From Calcarisporiella thermophila CBS 279.70 (taxonomy: Eukaryota; Fungi; Calcarisporiellomycota), in contig NW_027192225.1 in the NCBI RefSeq assembly GCF_041956535.1, forward strand, positions 144,574-186,785: a stretch of DNA of 42,212 nt, read 5' to 3'. The position numbers and the translations under genes are program-made. The notes beneath the pieces were generated by a model. It worked only from the letters and a program-made list of their open reading frames with translations, was not told the origin of the DNA and ran no database searches. Position 1 is the stretch's first letter. The number at the start of each line of letters is the position of its first letter. Below are positions 1 through 12,300 of the stretch, piece by piece.

Positions 1-250
1 ATGTAGCGCGTAGTGAATATAATAGGTCTACTCGGAACGCACTGCGACCAGCTTTCAGCAAAGAATGTAGACTATTTATATTGACAAGATGATGTAGCCT
101 ATTTGATTATTGTTCCTAGCATGCTTATTCATTATAAATATCATTGTTACCAAATTATTAACTTGGTTCAAACATCAAATATTATATTCCAAATTTCCCA
201 GTGAAAGAATTAATTAAGTACATCCAAATTTAAAATGTAATATAATATCA
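1..250. repeat. Copy A of a diverged non-coding duplication (homologous to about 2592-2845)
   Basis: Colinear similarity at offset 2591: ATGTAGCGCGTAGTGAATATAAT vs GTGTAACGCGGAGCAAATATAAT, and an identical 19-mer CTATTTGATTATTGTTCCT at 99-117 and 2690-2708. Right boundary approximate. Confidence 0.8.
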
Positions 251-1060
251 AAGCAATAGATTGTTACATTTGTTTATTTTTTTAGAATGAAATTCCGAGT
301 GCCGAGTAGAATTGTTTTATTCAAAATATATTATTAGTGCGGCATATTCCACTTTTATCTCACCTTATCATTCATAACGCCAGGGCTGGTGACACCATGC
401 AATGTTTAAATTACATCACACATATTAAAAGCTTCGGTCGCTATCATGGTTCAAATAAAGTAATTGTAAATCTTTACCACGTCATCCTCTACGTTTTATG
501 CATAACAATGATGCATTTTTTATCGGAAAAAAAAAGCTTTTGGGTGCATAATGTGCTCGCTTTTACTTATACTTTTACACTGAATTTACTTGTCTCAGAG
601 ATTAGCGCGTTTGAATCTAGCTATTGATGAGATTTCATTAACAGTAAACCAAGAGACAAATAGCCAAACTTTTTATGTTGGGTTCAAGCGCTCCATGATT
701 CAATATTTGTAAGTATATCCTTTATTATCCCTGAAGTCAAGCCAAGCTCTGACCCGACATTTGAAATTTAAGAGGATATTTATTCATGTATATTTAGACG
801 GATTTAGTGAAATTTCAGACGGGATTCGGATTTGTCCTATTTTACCAAATAGAAAGGACGGGTGAATTTTTGCCGAAATAAGAATAAAAAACTTCTTAAT
901 ATAGGTTACACTTGTAATATTATAGGGTAAGAATCTTAGTAAGGACGTCAATCATCATTTGTGATATAAAGGGTTTGAAAAACAATATTCGCTGTATTGG
1001 ATTGTGTAAATTCACTTTCGAATTTCATCTGATATTTTTTACTGATCTATTTAGAGAGGC

Positions 1061-1673
1061 ATGGCTCCACACTCTGTTCATATTCTTATTGCCCTTCCCC
1101 CAGCATTTGGGCATAGCATTCCTGCAGTTTCCCTTGCTAAGCGAATCCTCAGCACTCCTTCCCTTTCAGAATTAAAAGATGTTAAAGGTGATGCTGAAAG
1201 GATCGTGACGCTCCTCATATCGAAGAAGGTTCTGCCACTTTTGAAGGAGAAAGGCATCATTCCGGACACCGAGAGCAATTCTGAAATCTATCGAGGAAAA
1301 TATGGCCGCATGTGCATTGAATTGCTTGAGGATGGGGTGGAACCAGTTCACACACCGTTATTAGAGGATCATTTGAAATTTTTCGAAGATCTGCCTCAGC
1401 ATGTCAAAGCCATTGGAAAATATTTGGAATCGAAGAAAAATAGTACAATTCCGCCGTCTTGTATCATCCTTGATATGTTCACCGGCATGTTTGATCCATT
1501 CCCATTTAATCACCTCCCTTTCTACTTCTTTTTCACCTCGCCTGTTGTTATTCCGCTCCAGCACGTCAATTCTGAATTTAAAATGAGGGGAGTGACTGAC
1601 AAAGCTCTTCTGTCTTCGGTAGGAAAAATATTGAAGAATGGGTTTAGTTTGCTGTATCCGCGATTGGCAAATT
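1061..1673 (+). CDS. UDP-glycosyltransferase (GT1 family), 5' part only; the rest lies in the assembly gap
   Basis: MAPHSVHILIALPPAFGHSIPAVSLAKRIL...CIILDMF...FYFFFTSP is colinear with the complete UGT at 4291. It carries the N-terminal catalytic His (FGH) and the downstream Asp (LDM). No introns in the visible part. Confidence 0.85.
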
Positions 1674-2591
1674 NNNNNNNNNNNNNNNNNNNNNNNNNNN
1701 NNNNNNNNNNNNNNNNNNNNNNNNNNNNNNNNNNNNNNNNNNNNNNNNNNNNNNNNNNNNNNNNNNNNNNNNNNNNNNNNNNNNNNNNNNNNNNNNNNNN
1801 NNNNNNNNNNNNNNNNNNNNNNNNNNNNNNNNNNNNNNNNNNNNNNNNNNNNNNNNNNNNNNNNNNNNNNNNNNNNNNNNNNNNNNNNNNNNNNNNNNNN
1901 NNNNNNNNNNNNNNNNNNNNNNNNNNNNNNNNNNNNNNNNNNNNNNNNNNNNNNNNNNNNNNNNNNNNNNNNNNNNNNNNNNNNNNNNNNNNNNNNNNNN
2001 NNNNNNNNNNNNNNNNNNNNNNNNNNNNNNNNNNNNNNNNNNNNNNNNNNNNNNNNNNNNNNNNNNNNNNNNNNNNNNNNNNNNNNNNNNNNNNNNNNNN
2101 NNNNNNNNNNNNNNNNNNNNNNNNNNNNNNNNNNNNNNNNNNNNNNNNNNNNNNNNNNNNNNNNNNNNNNNNNNNNNNNNNNNNNNNNNNNNNNNNNNNN
2201 NNNNNNNNNNNNNNNNNNNNNNNNNNNNNNNNNNNNNNNNNNNNNNNNNNNNNNNNNNNNNNNNNNNNNNNNNNNNNNNNNNNNNNNNNNNNNNNNNNNN
2301 NNNNNNNNNNNNNNNNNNNNNNNNNNNNNNNNNNNNNNNNNNNNNNNNNNNNNNNNNNNNNNNNNNNNNNNNNNNNNNNNNNNNNNNNNNNNNNNNNNNN
2401 NNNNNNNNNNNNNNNNNNNNNNNNNNNNNNNNNNNNNNNNNNNNNNNNNNNNNNNNNNNNNNNNNNNNNNNNNNNNNNNNNNNNNNNNNNNNNNNNNNNN
2501 NNNNNNNNNNNNNNNNNNNNNNNNNNNNNNNNNNNNNNNNNNNNNNNNNNNNNNNNNNNNNNNNNNNNNNNNNNNNNNNNNNNNNNNNNNN
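1674..2591. other. Assembly gap (918 N)
   Basis: Run of N. Its size would fit the missing C-terminal part of UGT copy 1. Confidence 0.99.
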
Positions 2592-2845
2592 GTGTAACGC
2601 GGAGCAAATATAATAAATTTTCTCACAAAGCATTGAGACTAATTTTTAGCAAAAAAATATAGATTTTTATATTGAATAGAAGGTGTAATCTATTTGATTA
2701 TTGTTCCTCACTCCCTTATTCTATTTTGGTATTACTGTTCCCAATATTTTTCACTTCTAATGTCATATATCACTTTATTTTTCTTTATCTCTAGTTAAAG
2801 TTTATCAAGTATATAAAAAAAAATTCTGAATAAAATAATATTTGT
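2592..2845. repeat. Copy B of the diverged duplication (probable 3' flank of UGT copy 1)
   Basis: Aligns by eye to positions 1-250 (see copy A). Confidence 0.8.
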
Positions 2846-4290
2846 TTTGAAATTTGTATCAGTAATTTTCAACAGCAGAGCTCGCATCAAATATGAGATT
2901 ATAAATGTCTATATCATAGGATGGACTCCTTGGTGGTAGATTGGTTCAATAAAGAAAAAAGATACTTGTGCTGAGGCGCTTACTCATATTTCAGCAAATA
3001 TATAGTATTTCACATTGAATACAATTGGAAATTGTGATTCAAGCTAAAGTGAAGGAAAATGATATCTAGTTTTCTATATTCTGTACACTATTGCAATGTG
3101 AACATACTTTTTAATTGCACAATAATAGCCGTAAATTGACTCACTAAATTGCAAATGTATAGAAAAATGAGTAGTCCAACAATAATGTATAAGTTAATAG
3201 GAAAAAAATAAGGTTAATCTTCGGAACGAAGTGAATAATTTAGCGTCACCTGTAAAGGACCTAGTTTCTCCGTGGGGTTTTTGTTATTACGTGAGTTAAC
3301 CATCCCTTTTTGCTATGGCTTTACTCCGACAATAGATAAACGTGACATCAGTTTTACCATAGGCAAACCCATAGCGACGTACAATTATAGACTATTACGA
3401 GAAAAATCGGCCGATAACAAGTGGTTAAAGCGATTAATCCCAGTGATTCACTCTTATATGATTCAATCCGATAACATTATTGTAAAAAATAGAGAAGCTA
3501 GCGCATGATCAATATTATCGGGCTTGAGTGTCCGACAATCTTGAAAGTCCAGGGGAAAAATTACCCGATCAGATATTCGGGTTGAACGAGACATTTACCT
3601 CAGGAGCATAGGAAGTCTCCGCTTTAATTCAGGCTCATCAGGGATCTTAAAGGTATCTAATTCTGCCGAACCTTAACACTGATGATGATTGGGTGATATT
3701 CCTAAGAGCGCCATCTCTTAGAGTAAACAGTTGCGATTAAGAAAAATGACCAAAATTTTATTATAGTTATTTGTTTCATTTATTAATAAAGGGATTAAAA
3801 ATTAAAAGAAAAAAAATCCTTTCATCGTCAATAATAATCATTGTGATGTTCTCATTATTTTAACTATTATTCTTATATAACACCAGGACCAAAAAATTTA
3901 CTGGTTTCTGATATTTTAATCTGAGGACCAAAGTGTGACTGCTTTTATTAATCAGAGTTTGTTACACAACTCCATTAGTACCTGATATTGTTCATCAACC
4001 GATTTCCGTATGAGGCTTGGATGAATAAAATCCATGTAACAAACAAACAAATGCATTTTCTAAAGTTTATACTTTGGCTCAATTCCCCAGTACCAATGCC
4101 AAGTCTAAACGGACCGATTTCTTCCGGGAACGATACAACATTGTTACAGTACATTTAAGGAATATTCAAGTTAGTAATAATGGTCGATTCAAATCCGAAG
4201 ATAAATAGAATATATGAACGTGCGATTATCCAAATGCTTTTAATTATTTTCAACTCTTTCTTAATTTTCCTTGCCTTTTACAAGTGAATA

Positions 4291-5781
4291 ATGACAAAAC
4301 AGTGTGTGCACATCCTTGTTGTCCCACCTCCAGCGTTTGGTCATATAATTCCTGCCATTTCCTTGATAAAGAGGATCCTCAACACTCCATCTCTGGAGGA
4401 TATAAAAGATGTTAATGCTGGCTCAGAAAGACTCGTTACTCTTCTAGTCGCAAAGAATTTTCTGCCCCTCTTAAAGGAGAAAAAGCTGATCCCATCTTCG
4501 GATGACTCAGGTTCAGAGATTCTTCAAGGACATTACGGTCGAATGCGTATTGAAGTTTTAGAGGATGATATTGAGCCAATATACTCGCAGAAACTCGAAT
4601 TGGAATTTTTTGCTCGGCTCCGGACTTATATTGAGAATGTGGGGCTCTACTTGAATTCGTTAAAAGCGAATGCGAATTCTGCCAGAATTCCAATTTCGCA
4701 CATCGTTATTGACATGCTCTTTGCCATGTTCGAGTCATTCCCGTTCGCTGAATTCCCTTACTACTTTTTCTTTACGTCCCCCGCAGTAATGACCGGTGAA
4801 GATCCCGATAAACTGGTATTGAAGGGTCCGGGTGACGACACAGTAAATGCAGCAGCAGCCAATTTCTTTAAAGAAGGACTCATTCGTTTACACACGCGCG
4901 CAATGACATCTAAAGGCGTCATTTGGAATACTGCAAGATGTATTGAGGGTGACTATCTGGAGAACTATTTAAGTCTTTTTCAGCATAAATTGCTGCTGTA
5001 TCCTGTGGGCCCACTAAACTTATCCGATATCGACCCTGGAATTGAGAGCAATAAAAATGGAAAAGTGGAATCGCACCCGCTGGATCTTGATCAACGGGAC
5101 AATATTCGCGATGATGAAGTTCCGAAAGATCTAGAGTCCTGGATATATCGGTATCTCGATGGAAAGTCTAACCAGTCTGTACTTTATGTCTCGTTTGGGA
5201 CAGTAGTATATCATGAACCTGAGCAGATCACCGAGCTTCTAAACGGATTTAACTCTACAGGCAGGCACATACTTTGGAGTCTGAGCAAGAAGCAGCATGC
5301 ATCCCTGCCCGTTGCGGAGATGACTTCTCCAATGAAGGGAGTGCTAGTATACAATAAGGTGACAGTGGTGGAATGGGCGCCACAGAGGGCTGTTCTCTCC
5401 CATCCAAGCTGTGCAGCGTTCCTAACCCATTGTGGATGGAACTCATCGCTGGAAAGCTTAACATATGGAGTTGGGACGATTCACTGGCCGGTCTTTGCCG
5501 ATCAGCCCGCTATTGCTAAATTGTTAGTCAAACTTGGAACTGGCGTTTCTTTCGAACTCAAGCTGGACTCCGGCTCCGCTGACCCTGCAGGCACTGAGGT
5601 GGTACCTGCAGACACTGTCTTTTCGACCATTGAGAAATTCTTCGGTGCGACTGAGAGTGGAGAAAATAAATATACCAAGAGGGCTCGGGAACTGAGTGCG
5701 GAGCTGAAGATGGCATGGACACCAAAAGGCGAAGCATACCACGAGCTTGGATTGATGTTATCACGAATGCACCAGCATTGA
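4291..5781 (+). CDS. UDP-glycosyltransferase (GT1 family), 496 aa, intronless
   Basis: N-terminal PAFGHIIP (catalytic His), IVIDM, SVLYVSFGT, and a full PSPG box WAPQRAVLSHPSCAAFLTHCGWNSSLESLTYGVGTIHWPVFADQ. Confidence 0.95.
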   Translation: MTKQCVHILVVPPPAFGHIIPAISLIKRILNTPSLEDIKDVNAGSERLVTLLVAKNFLPLLKEKKLIPSSDDSGSEILQGHYGRMRIEVLEDDIEPIYSQKLELEFFARLRTYIENVGLYLNSLKANANSARIPISHIVIDMLFAMFESFPFAEFPYYFFFTSPAVMTGEDPDKLVLKGPGDDTVNAAAANFFKEGLIRLHTRAMTSKGVIWNTARCIEGDYLENYLSLFQHKLLLYPVGPLNLSDIDPGIESNKNGKVESHPLDLDQRDNIRDDEVPKDLESWIYRYLDGKSNQSVLYVSFGTVVYHEPEQITELLNGFNSTGRHILWSLSKKQHASLPVAEMTSPMKGVLVYNKVTVVEWAPQRAVLSHPSCAAFLTHCGWNSSLESLTYGVGTIHWPVFADQPAIAKLLVKLGTGVSFELKLDSGSADPAGTEVVPADTVFSTIEKFFGATESGENKYTKRARELSAELKMAWTPKGEAYHELGLMLSRMHQH

Positions 5782-7073
5782 GTAGGTCATACAAATAGAG
5801 ACACATTTCCTCAATACATTTTATAAGGTTTCTTATCAGCTTTCTATAGTTATGTATGAGATGTTTGCGAATAAAATTGCATATTTTAAATATGGTTTTC
5901 TAATTGCCAAACATATTTAGATTAGTTTCATCGTTGTTCAGATTCACGTACACTAATTTAAACATATCCACGTTTTCAATATTTCATAGATTCAATTGAC
6001 TCGTCTTTCTAGTATGCATGGCCATAACTGTTGATATTTTTATGCGAAAAAATCTGTCAATACAAATAAAATATGTTTAATTTGTAACTAACAATTGATC
6101 TTACGGAAAACCTTAAAAGGATATAAAGAATCATATCATCACAGGTGACCTGCTAAATTCGTATAGATAACATTAAGATATGGAGCATCAAACACTGGCC
6201 CACACAATGAGTATACGGAATTGTATTTTGGTTATTATAGATTAGCTTTATTCGCAGGATATAATTTACAATCTAGAGTTAAAAGTATTCCTACTCTAAT
6301 TTAAAGAATTCTAACTAAACTAGACGCTCCTAAGTCCAACTCATATATACTCTGAGATACATATTTATTAAGAATTATCATTATATTTTGTATGATCATG
6401 CAACCAAAATCCTGTCAACAATTGTACAACAATCATAATAATGAATAAACATGCGTATTTGATATAGTTTTACAACTTACATTCTGATATATACTAGATA
6501 CAGTGGAAATTGTTGAAACTTGGGATTTTTCTATTTTAAGCCAAAGGATGCAAGTTTTAGCGACCAAAAAAGAAAAAAATGAACATATAAAAATACATTG
6601 TAAATAAAGAGGTTGTGTTGCAAGCCATGAAATCACTAAGTTTGTAGAAGTTTAATTTAATTTGAGGTGAGCTCTAATGAAATTTGAAAAGGTATTCTTG
6701 GGTTCCACTGAAATGACTCTAATCTCTTCTGCCCATTTCTCGGAGAACCGCACCTCCACCGTTCCATAGGATTCATGTCTACACGCTTATAACTTTAAGT
6801 TTTGTACATTTATTGCCGCATCAGTTTCACCAAATACTAACTATCAATATGCGCTCTTGGGAATTCTTGTTGGCAAGTTTTTTTTCCTTCAGTTTTTCAA
6901 TGCTTTAGTTATTTCCTTGCTCTCGAATTTTTCTCTCTTTTCACTTGATTTATTCTCATTTTATTCTTTTCTCCGTTTTCGAATATACTTATAAGTCTTT
7001 TCTGAATTGACTATTCCATATATACTTTCTTTGATTTTATTGTCGATCCTTAATTGTTCACAAATTTCGACTC

Positions 7074-8417
7074 ATGGAGAGAGAAATATTCCCCACTCTT
7101 TCAACTCCTCTGCAATCATATCTTATACCTTCCGAAATCCAAGATACAGACAGCCAAGTTCTCTCTCAAAAATTATACTTGGCTAATGCTGATTGCATAG
7201 AATTCTGCGAGGCTCAGTCTTGCATCCTGGGAACTAAGCACTCTCAAACTTACAAATCAGATAAATCCTGTGAGGATACATCCAGTTTAGAGGTAAGCAG
7301 TAAGGCTGAGGCTCCAAATAGTGAACTCGAGTTATTGCGTTCAGTATACAAGGCGATGGTCGGACCTGCAGAATCGACACGAAAGAAATGGGCGCTTAGA
7401 GCTCCTCGACCTACAAAGTAGGCATTATATAATTTATATGTAGCAGCACTTGGGTTTACACATCAATTTACATTAGTAGCTTCATGCTATATCGCATGGA
7501 AAAAAAGCGCGAAATTCTCTCTGAGAACCCGGGTTTATGTAACCAAGAAATTTCCAAACGGGTTGGAGAGATGTGGAGAAGTGAATCTATCAAGGTTAAG
7601 GAGTTTTACAACATGAAATCAGGCATCTTAAAATATTATCATAGAATAGCTTTTCCTGGTATATATTCTATTCATTTTCTTTGATTTACCTTTTTATAGC
7701 AAGAAGAAGGAATGAGTCTAGTGCCAATTTTTCTAAACAATATCACAAAATATCACCTCTTATTTGCCATGTGTATTGAAACCATCATTTTTTGTATACA
7801 TTAGATTACAAATTCATGCCTCGCAGGAGAATCGCTAGTTTTAACATTTCTAGATATCCTAATATATTAGAGTAATTCAACTGAAGAATTGAATGATTAT
7901 ATTTAGATAAGTGACTGACTTAATTGCTGATAATATCTTTAGTAAAGTCGTGAACACATGTACCGGATCGAGAGGATATTCAATGGATGAGAGAGAAACC
8001 TCCAATATAGTAGACCAAGGGAATTTACAATATAAAATTGATCAGCAGTGTGCTAATAATATTAGAAATCCTCAGGGCAATCTTCTTACTATGCACACCG
8101 AATCACAGGTTCATGGATTTGACATGTTTTACAAGTGTTCTAATACGCATAACAAGACGGTGATGAAAATGGAAAAAAAGAGTGCCGAAAACGAAGAAGC
8201 AACAAAAAGTTATATTAGGAATAACATAAGAATTCCAAGATATCAAGGAGCTGAGAATGATAGTGAAATCCACCCTTATCACAATGCCTATTGTAACACC
8301 CTTGAGACCTTCAAATACAGATCTAGTGGACCAGATACACAAGATAGCAATATAGATTGTACTGCAAGTGAATTCCTCGGTATACATTGTCAAAATTCAC
8401 ACAATCGACCGGAGTAG
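7074..8417 (+). CDS. HMG-box transcription factor (MATA_HMG/SOX-like), 4 exons
   Basis: Removing introns 7418-7476, 7659-7804 and 7872-7942 (all GT-AG) gives RAPRPTNSFMLYRMEKKREILSENPGLCNQEISKRVGEMWRSESIKVKEFYNMKSGILKYYHRIAFPDYKFMPRRR, a complete sequence-specific HMG box. It then continues in frame into ORF 7911-8417. The last intron is the least certain; without it the stop is at about 7875. Confidence 0.88.
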
Positions 8418-9302
8418 TCTGGAATTTTGCTCTAACTTATCTGTTTATTAAAACATACGAATGCTTTTGATTTGAAGTCTTTTATACGTGGAAAGTTCCT
8501 TGCATCTTCAATATTCTGATCTAGTTTAATTGAAAATTTAGTAATATCGTTTTTGTTCCTTTTAGTATTAATTTGAGCTAGTTTAGATATAATGTTGTTG
8601 CGTTAAGTCCTTCTCATTTATAGCTTTCGGTAGATAGTTTATATCATATAAATTTTTTAATCTAATTCTGACAGAGTTTCATTAGATAAATATCTTTTAT
8701 TAGTGAGCATATCGAAAGCAGATATCCTTGAGAAAATACTGTTTTTTACTCTGTAAAATCACTGTCTATTTAATAGCACTAATTTATCTCAATTTTGTTT
8801 TTTTATTTAGGATTTCAATAAATTGGGAATTACTTTTGAATGTGCATATTAAAACTCATACACCGTATCGAGACACTGTATTGCTTTTAGCGTTGCATTT
8901 ACAGTTTACCCTGCACTCGAGGCATCAGATAAAGCAGATCTCGGATTTTTTCAAAAGTCTATAGTTCACAATTAAAGAACGTTGTAATTGAAAACAAAAG
9001 GGCTATTATTCAATCCGATTTTGCAAATTCTAATATTTAGCCATACTAAAGTATGTATTCACATTTTTATACTTGCGAAACTTATACAGTGGTTCAGCTC
9101 TTCATAAACGTCCATATGAGAAGAGGGTTCTATAGTAGCCAATCTATTGGATAATCTGGCAATAGTCTTGCCGAAATGATGGTTACCATATTTATTAACA
9201 AGAGCACAAAACAATGAATATTATCGAGGGGAGTGGAAATTAACAATTAGAAAACGAAAGAAAGCATTGATTGGGAAGAAGCATTGTTCAAGTCCTTTGA
9301 AT

Positions 9303-12300
9303 TTACTCGATTAACATCAAATCCTTTCCTACATCACCTTTGACTGCTTCATCGAGCTTTAGCAAAACCCTCATCACTAACCGCCGAGAGCACAATACCC
9401 CACGCTCTAAAGGGAGAACAAGGTCATCTTCTTCATTAGCTTTCAGGTCTTCCGCATCATCCTTCTCCAATGATTTATCTTCAAATGCATTTGTTTCAAG
9501 GTCCTGATTCTTAATTGAATTTTGTATTCTAATCTCGCCTTCTCCTTCATGGTCCCAAATCCAGTCATCAATTGAACGTATTACTTCATCTAGCAATGGA
9601 ATTGGCATTGGGTTCGGCAAAGTGGGCTGCGCTCCGTCAAGTATTGCAATCATTCCTCCTCTAGCCAATTTCAGATCTAACGCATGTTTCCTACCGAATG
9701 CAACCAAGAAGTAAATTGCATATCAATTATTGAGTATTTCCAAATAATTTGAGAAAATAGTACTTTTGCTGTAAAGAGTATACAATCCTCAGATGGGTCG
9801 CAGACCGAGGAATTACGGCCACTGCACGATTCTCCACCAAACACTTGGTTTGCAACTTATCCGCTGCAGAGAGTAAAGGGAGAGTTTGTAGGAGAGTTGC
9901 TACGAGCCTTCGCAGATCGGCGTCATAATTGAACATATCTTGCAAAAAGAAAGCGATACGATGGTGCGGATTTTTGCGAGCTGTGTTACCGCGCACTGTA
10001 AAATCGAGAACAAACCGTCCTTGGCCTGAGGAAGCATCCCATTTGATATTGACACGATATTTCTAATAGAAAGAGGAAATAAAAATTATTTGAAGGCCAG
10101 GGTTTAGATATAAGATCTATTTGTACCTTGGTATAGCATAATGCTAGAGTTTGTAAATCAAAAGATTCAAGTATGACACTGTTATCCGATAGCCACCGCT
10201 GGCAATGTATTTGGTGGGCAGCAACGGATAGCATGACCACCCGTCGAAGTTCCTCCTGGAATTGGGCTAGACAGCAATCAACGTTACGGTACAGGAACAT
10301 CAGAGTAGAAGTAGAGCGATTCAAATGAAAATGCTCGGCTAAAGAGTAAATTGAATCTTGGAAATTAGAGCCAGATATAGAAACACTAAATTAGGGACTT
10401 ATTTACATGATATTTTGCCTTCAGCAATAGGTGGGAGGTGGTGTTGTCTCATTTTTACTTGCATCAAAACCTAGAGATGCAAAGGCTTAAGTCGTATTCA
10501 TATATCTAATCGAGTACAATATTCACCTTACACCCGCGTGGACCCTTAGCCCACCATCCAGTGGCTCTCATGGACACATCCCCAAAGAGTGAGTAAGCAG
10601 CAGCAGGTGCGCGAATTCCCCACAATAAATCTTTGATACTGACACGTATGTAAGGTATAATATCTGCAGAAAGTTGTTGTCCTCCGGTTTGTAAGCGTGG
10701 TGAGAGAGATTGATACTCCATGATCCGAAAAGGTATATTGCTTGATTGAAGTTGCTCTTGGAGTTTGCGTGTAGTGATCCAAGCTCTAACACAAAAGCGC
10801 AGTATTTAAGATAATATGCAGAAAAAGAGCATCAAATAATAGAAATACCTGCAAAGAGAGTATATTCTGGAGAGTGAGCAGAGATCCAATGAAAATCTAT
10901 AAAAGGGCTTGATCAGAATATCATGAAAACATGCTGAAGTGATTTTGAATAATTACTCTGAAGCTCGTGGATCAGGTTCCTGATGAGTAAATTTCGATAC
11001 AACTTCGTCTTCTGCCAAGGAACTATCAAAGTCAATTCTCTTCTCTTTGTTGGCAATATCGGTTAAGTGTTCAGTAGAACTGTTTTGCTGGGAGCGCAAT
11101 AACTTTTCAGGTTTCAGCCGTGAAATATGCGATATTTCATATAAGCCACTCTCCATTTGCCTGGAGGAACAAGAGAAGTAATTCAAGGTTAAAAAGCTAT
11201 AGGAAAACATATTAGTATGACGAATATGAATTTACCTCAATGCAATGAGCCATAATTGAAGCTGTCCATTCATAACACAAACAAAAATATAATATTCGGG
11301 GTGTTGGCGGCACTGTAAAAACAGCACGTGTTGAAGAGATCCGCCGAATTTTGCAATATCCTCGGGTTTAATTGCAATACGCCGATATGTATCTAATCCC
11401 AAGTACTTGGCGGATGCGTCGATCTCTTCGATTATTGTCTGAAAATAAAATAAAATATGAGCTTTACGACATTAAAATAAGTATTAATAGTATGGAATCT
11501 TTACAGCAAATCTTAGGTCACGTAAAATATCAGTTATGGCGTGGAATGATTCATTAATTTGCTCCTCCACACGTTTTAGGCGAGCTAGAAAATTTAAAAC
11601 TCTGGTCAATAGTTGGTTTTTCGAGTACAGTTAATAAATAACTGATACCATCATTTTCATCTGCTCCGTTCATTTCGCTTACAATAATACGCCCCGTTCG
11701 AATATTAACTCCAATTATAACGTATCGGTCTTTAAGAAAACGAACTAATAATGATGCAGAAGATGCTTGAGATGAAGGAGTGGATTGAGTTTCCTCTTTT
11801 GTTGTTGAATCTTAAAGCAAAATTGAATAATCAGTAATCATATACATAAAGAGCAATCGTGTTTATAAATTTTAACCCGAAACTTACCTTTGGTTTCATC
11901 ATTTAGCACCTTAATATCATCGGCATTTAACCACGACTTTCCTGATTCGATATCGGCGAGCAATAAATCGCGGAATTTTAAGATATAAAGTCGTGCATGC
12001 AGCCTTAGGAATTTTAGTAGAAGACGCTCCACGTTTAAATCACCCGCGTCCTAAATTTCGTATATAAAACGGAATATGCATTCTGATATATCTGAAATAT
12101 AGAAAGTTGGAAAGAAAATAAACATACGATAGTCTCTTGGCTTTTATCTTGCTCATCTTCACCCTGTGCACTCCATTGCACTTGTATCCAACTCCGAGAC
12201 CATTCCATTATTCGTGATTCTGAGTCTGAAACTATAGAAGATAGAGAATCGCTTGGCTCGTTTACAATCGATATAGTGAGAAAATTAGAAGATGCAAGAT

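Noticed and set aside
795-880. Clustered CGG triplets upstream of UGT1 as Zn2Cys6 sites
   Set aside because: No consistent spacing and no clear conserved counterpart upstream of UGT2.
1361-2662. Long ORFs in several frames spanning the N run
   Set aside because: Artefacts of translating N. Only 1061-1673 on + is supportable.
3543-3722. GAAAGTCC motif plus hairpins (CCCGA..TCGGG, CTAAGAG..CTCTTAG) suggesting RNase MRP/P RNA
   Set aside because: No complementary 3' P4 strand or other conserved regions found, and short stems are expected by chance.
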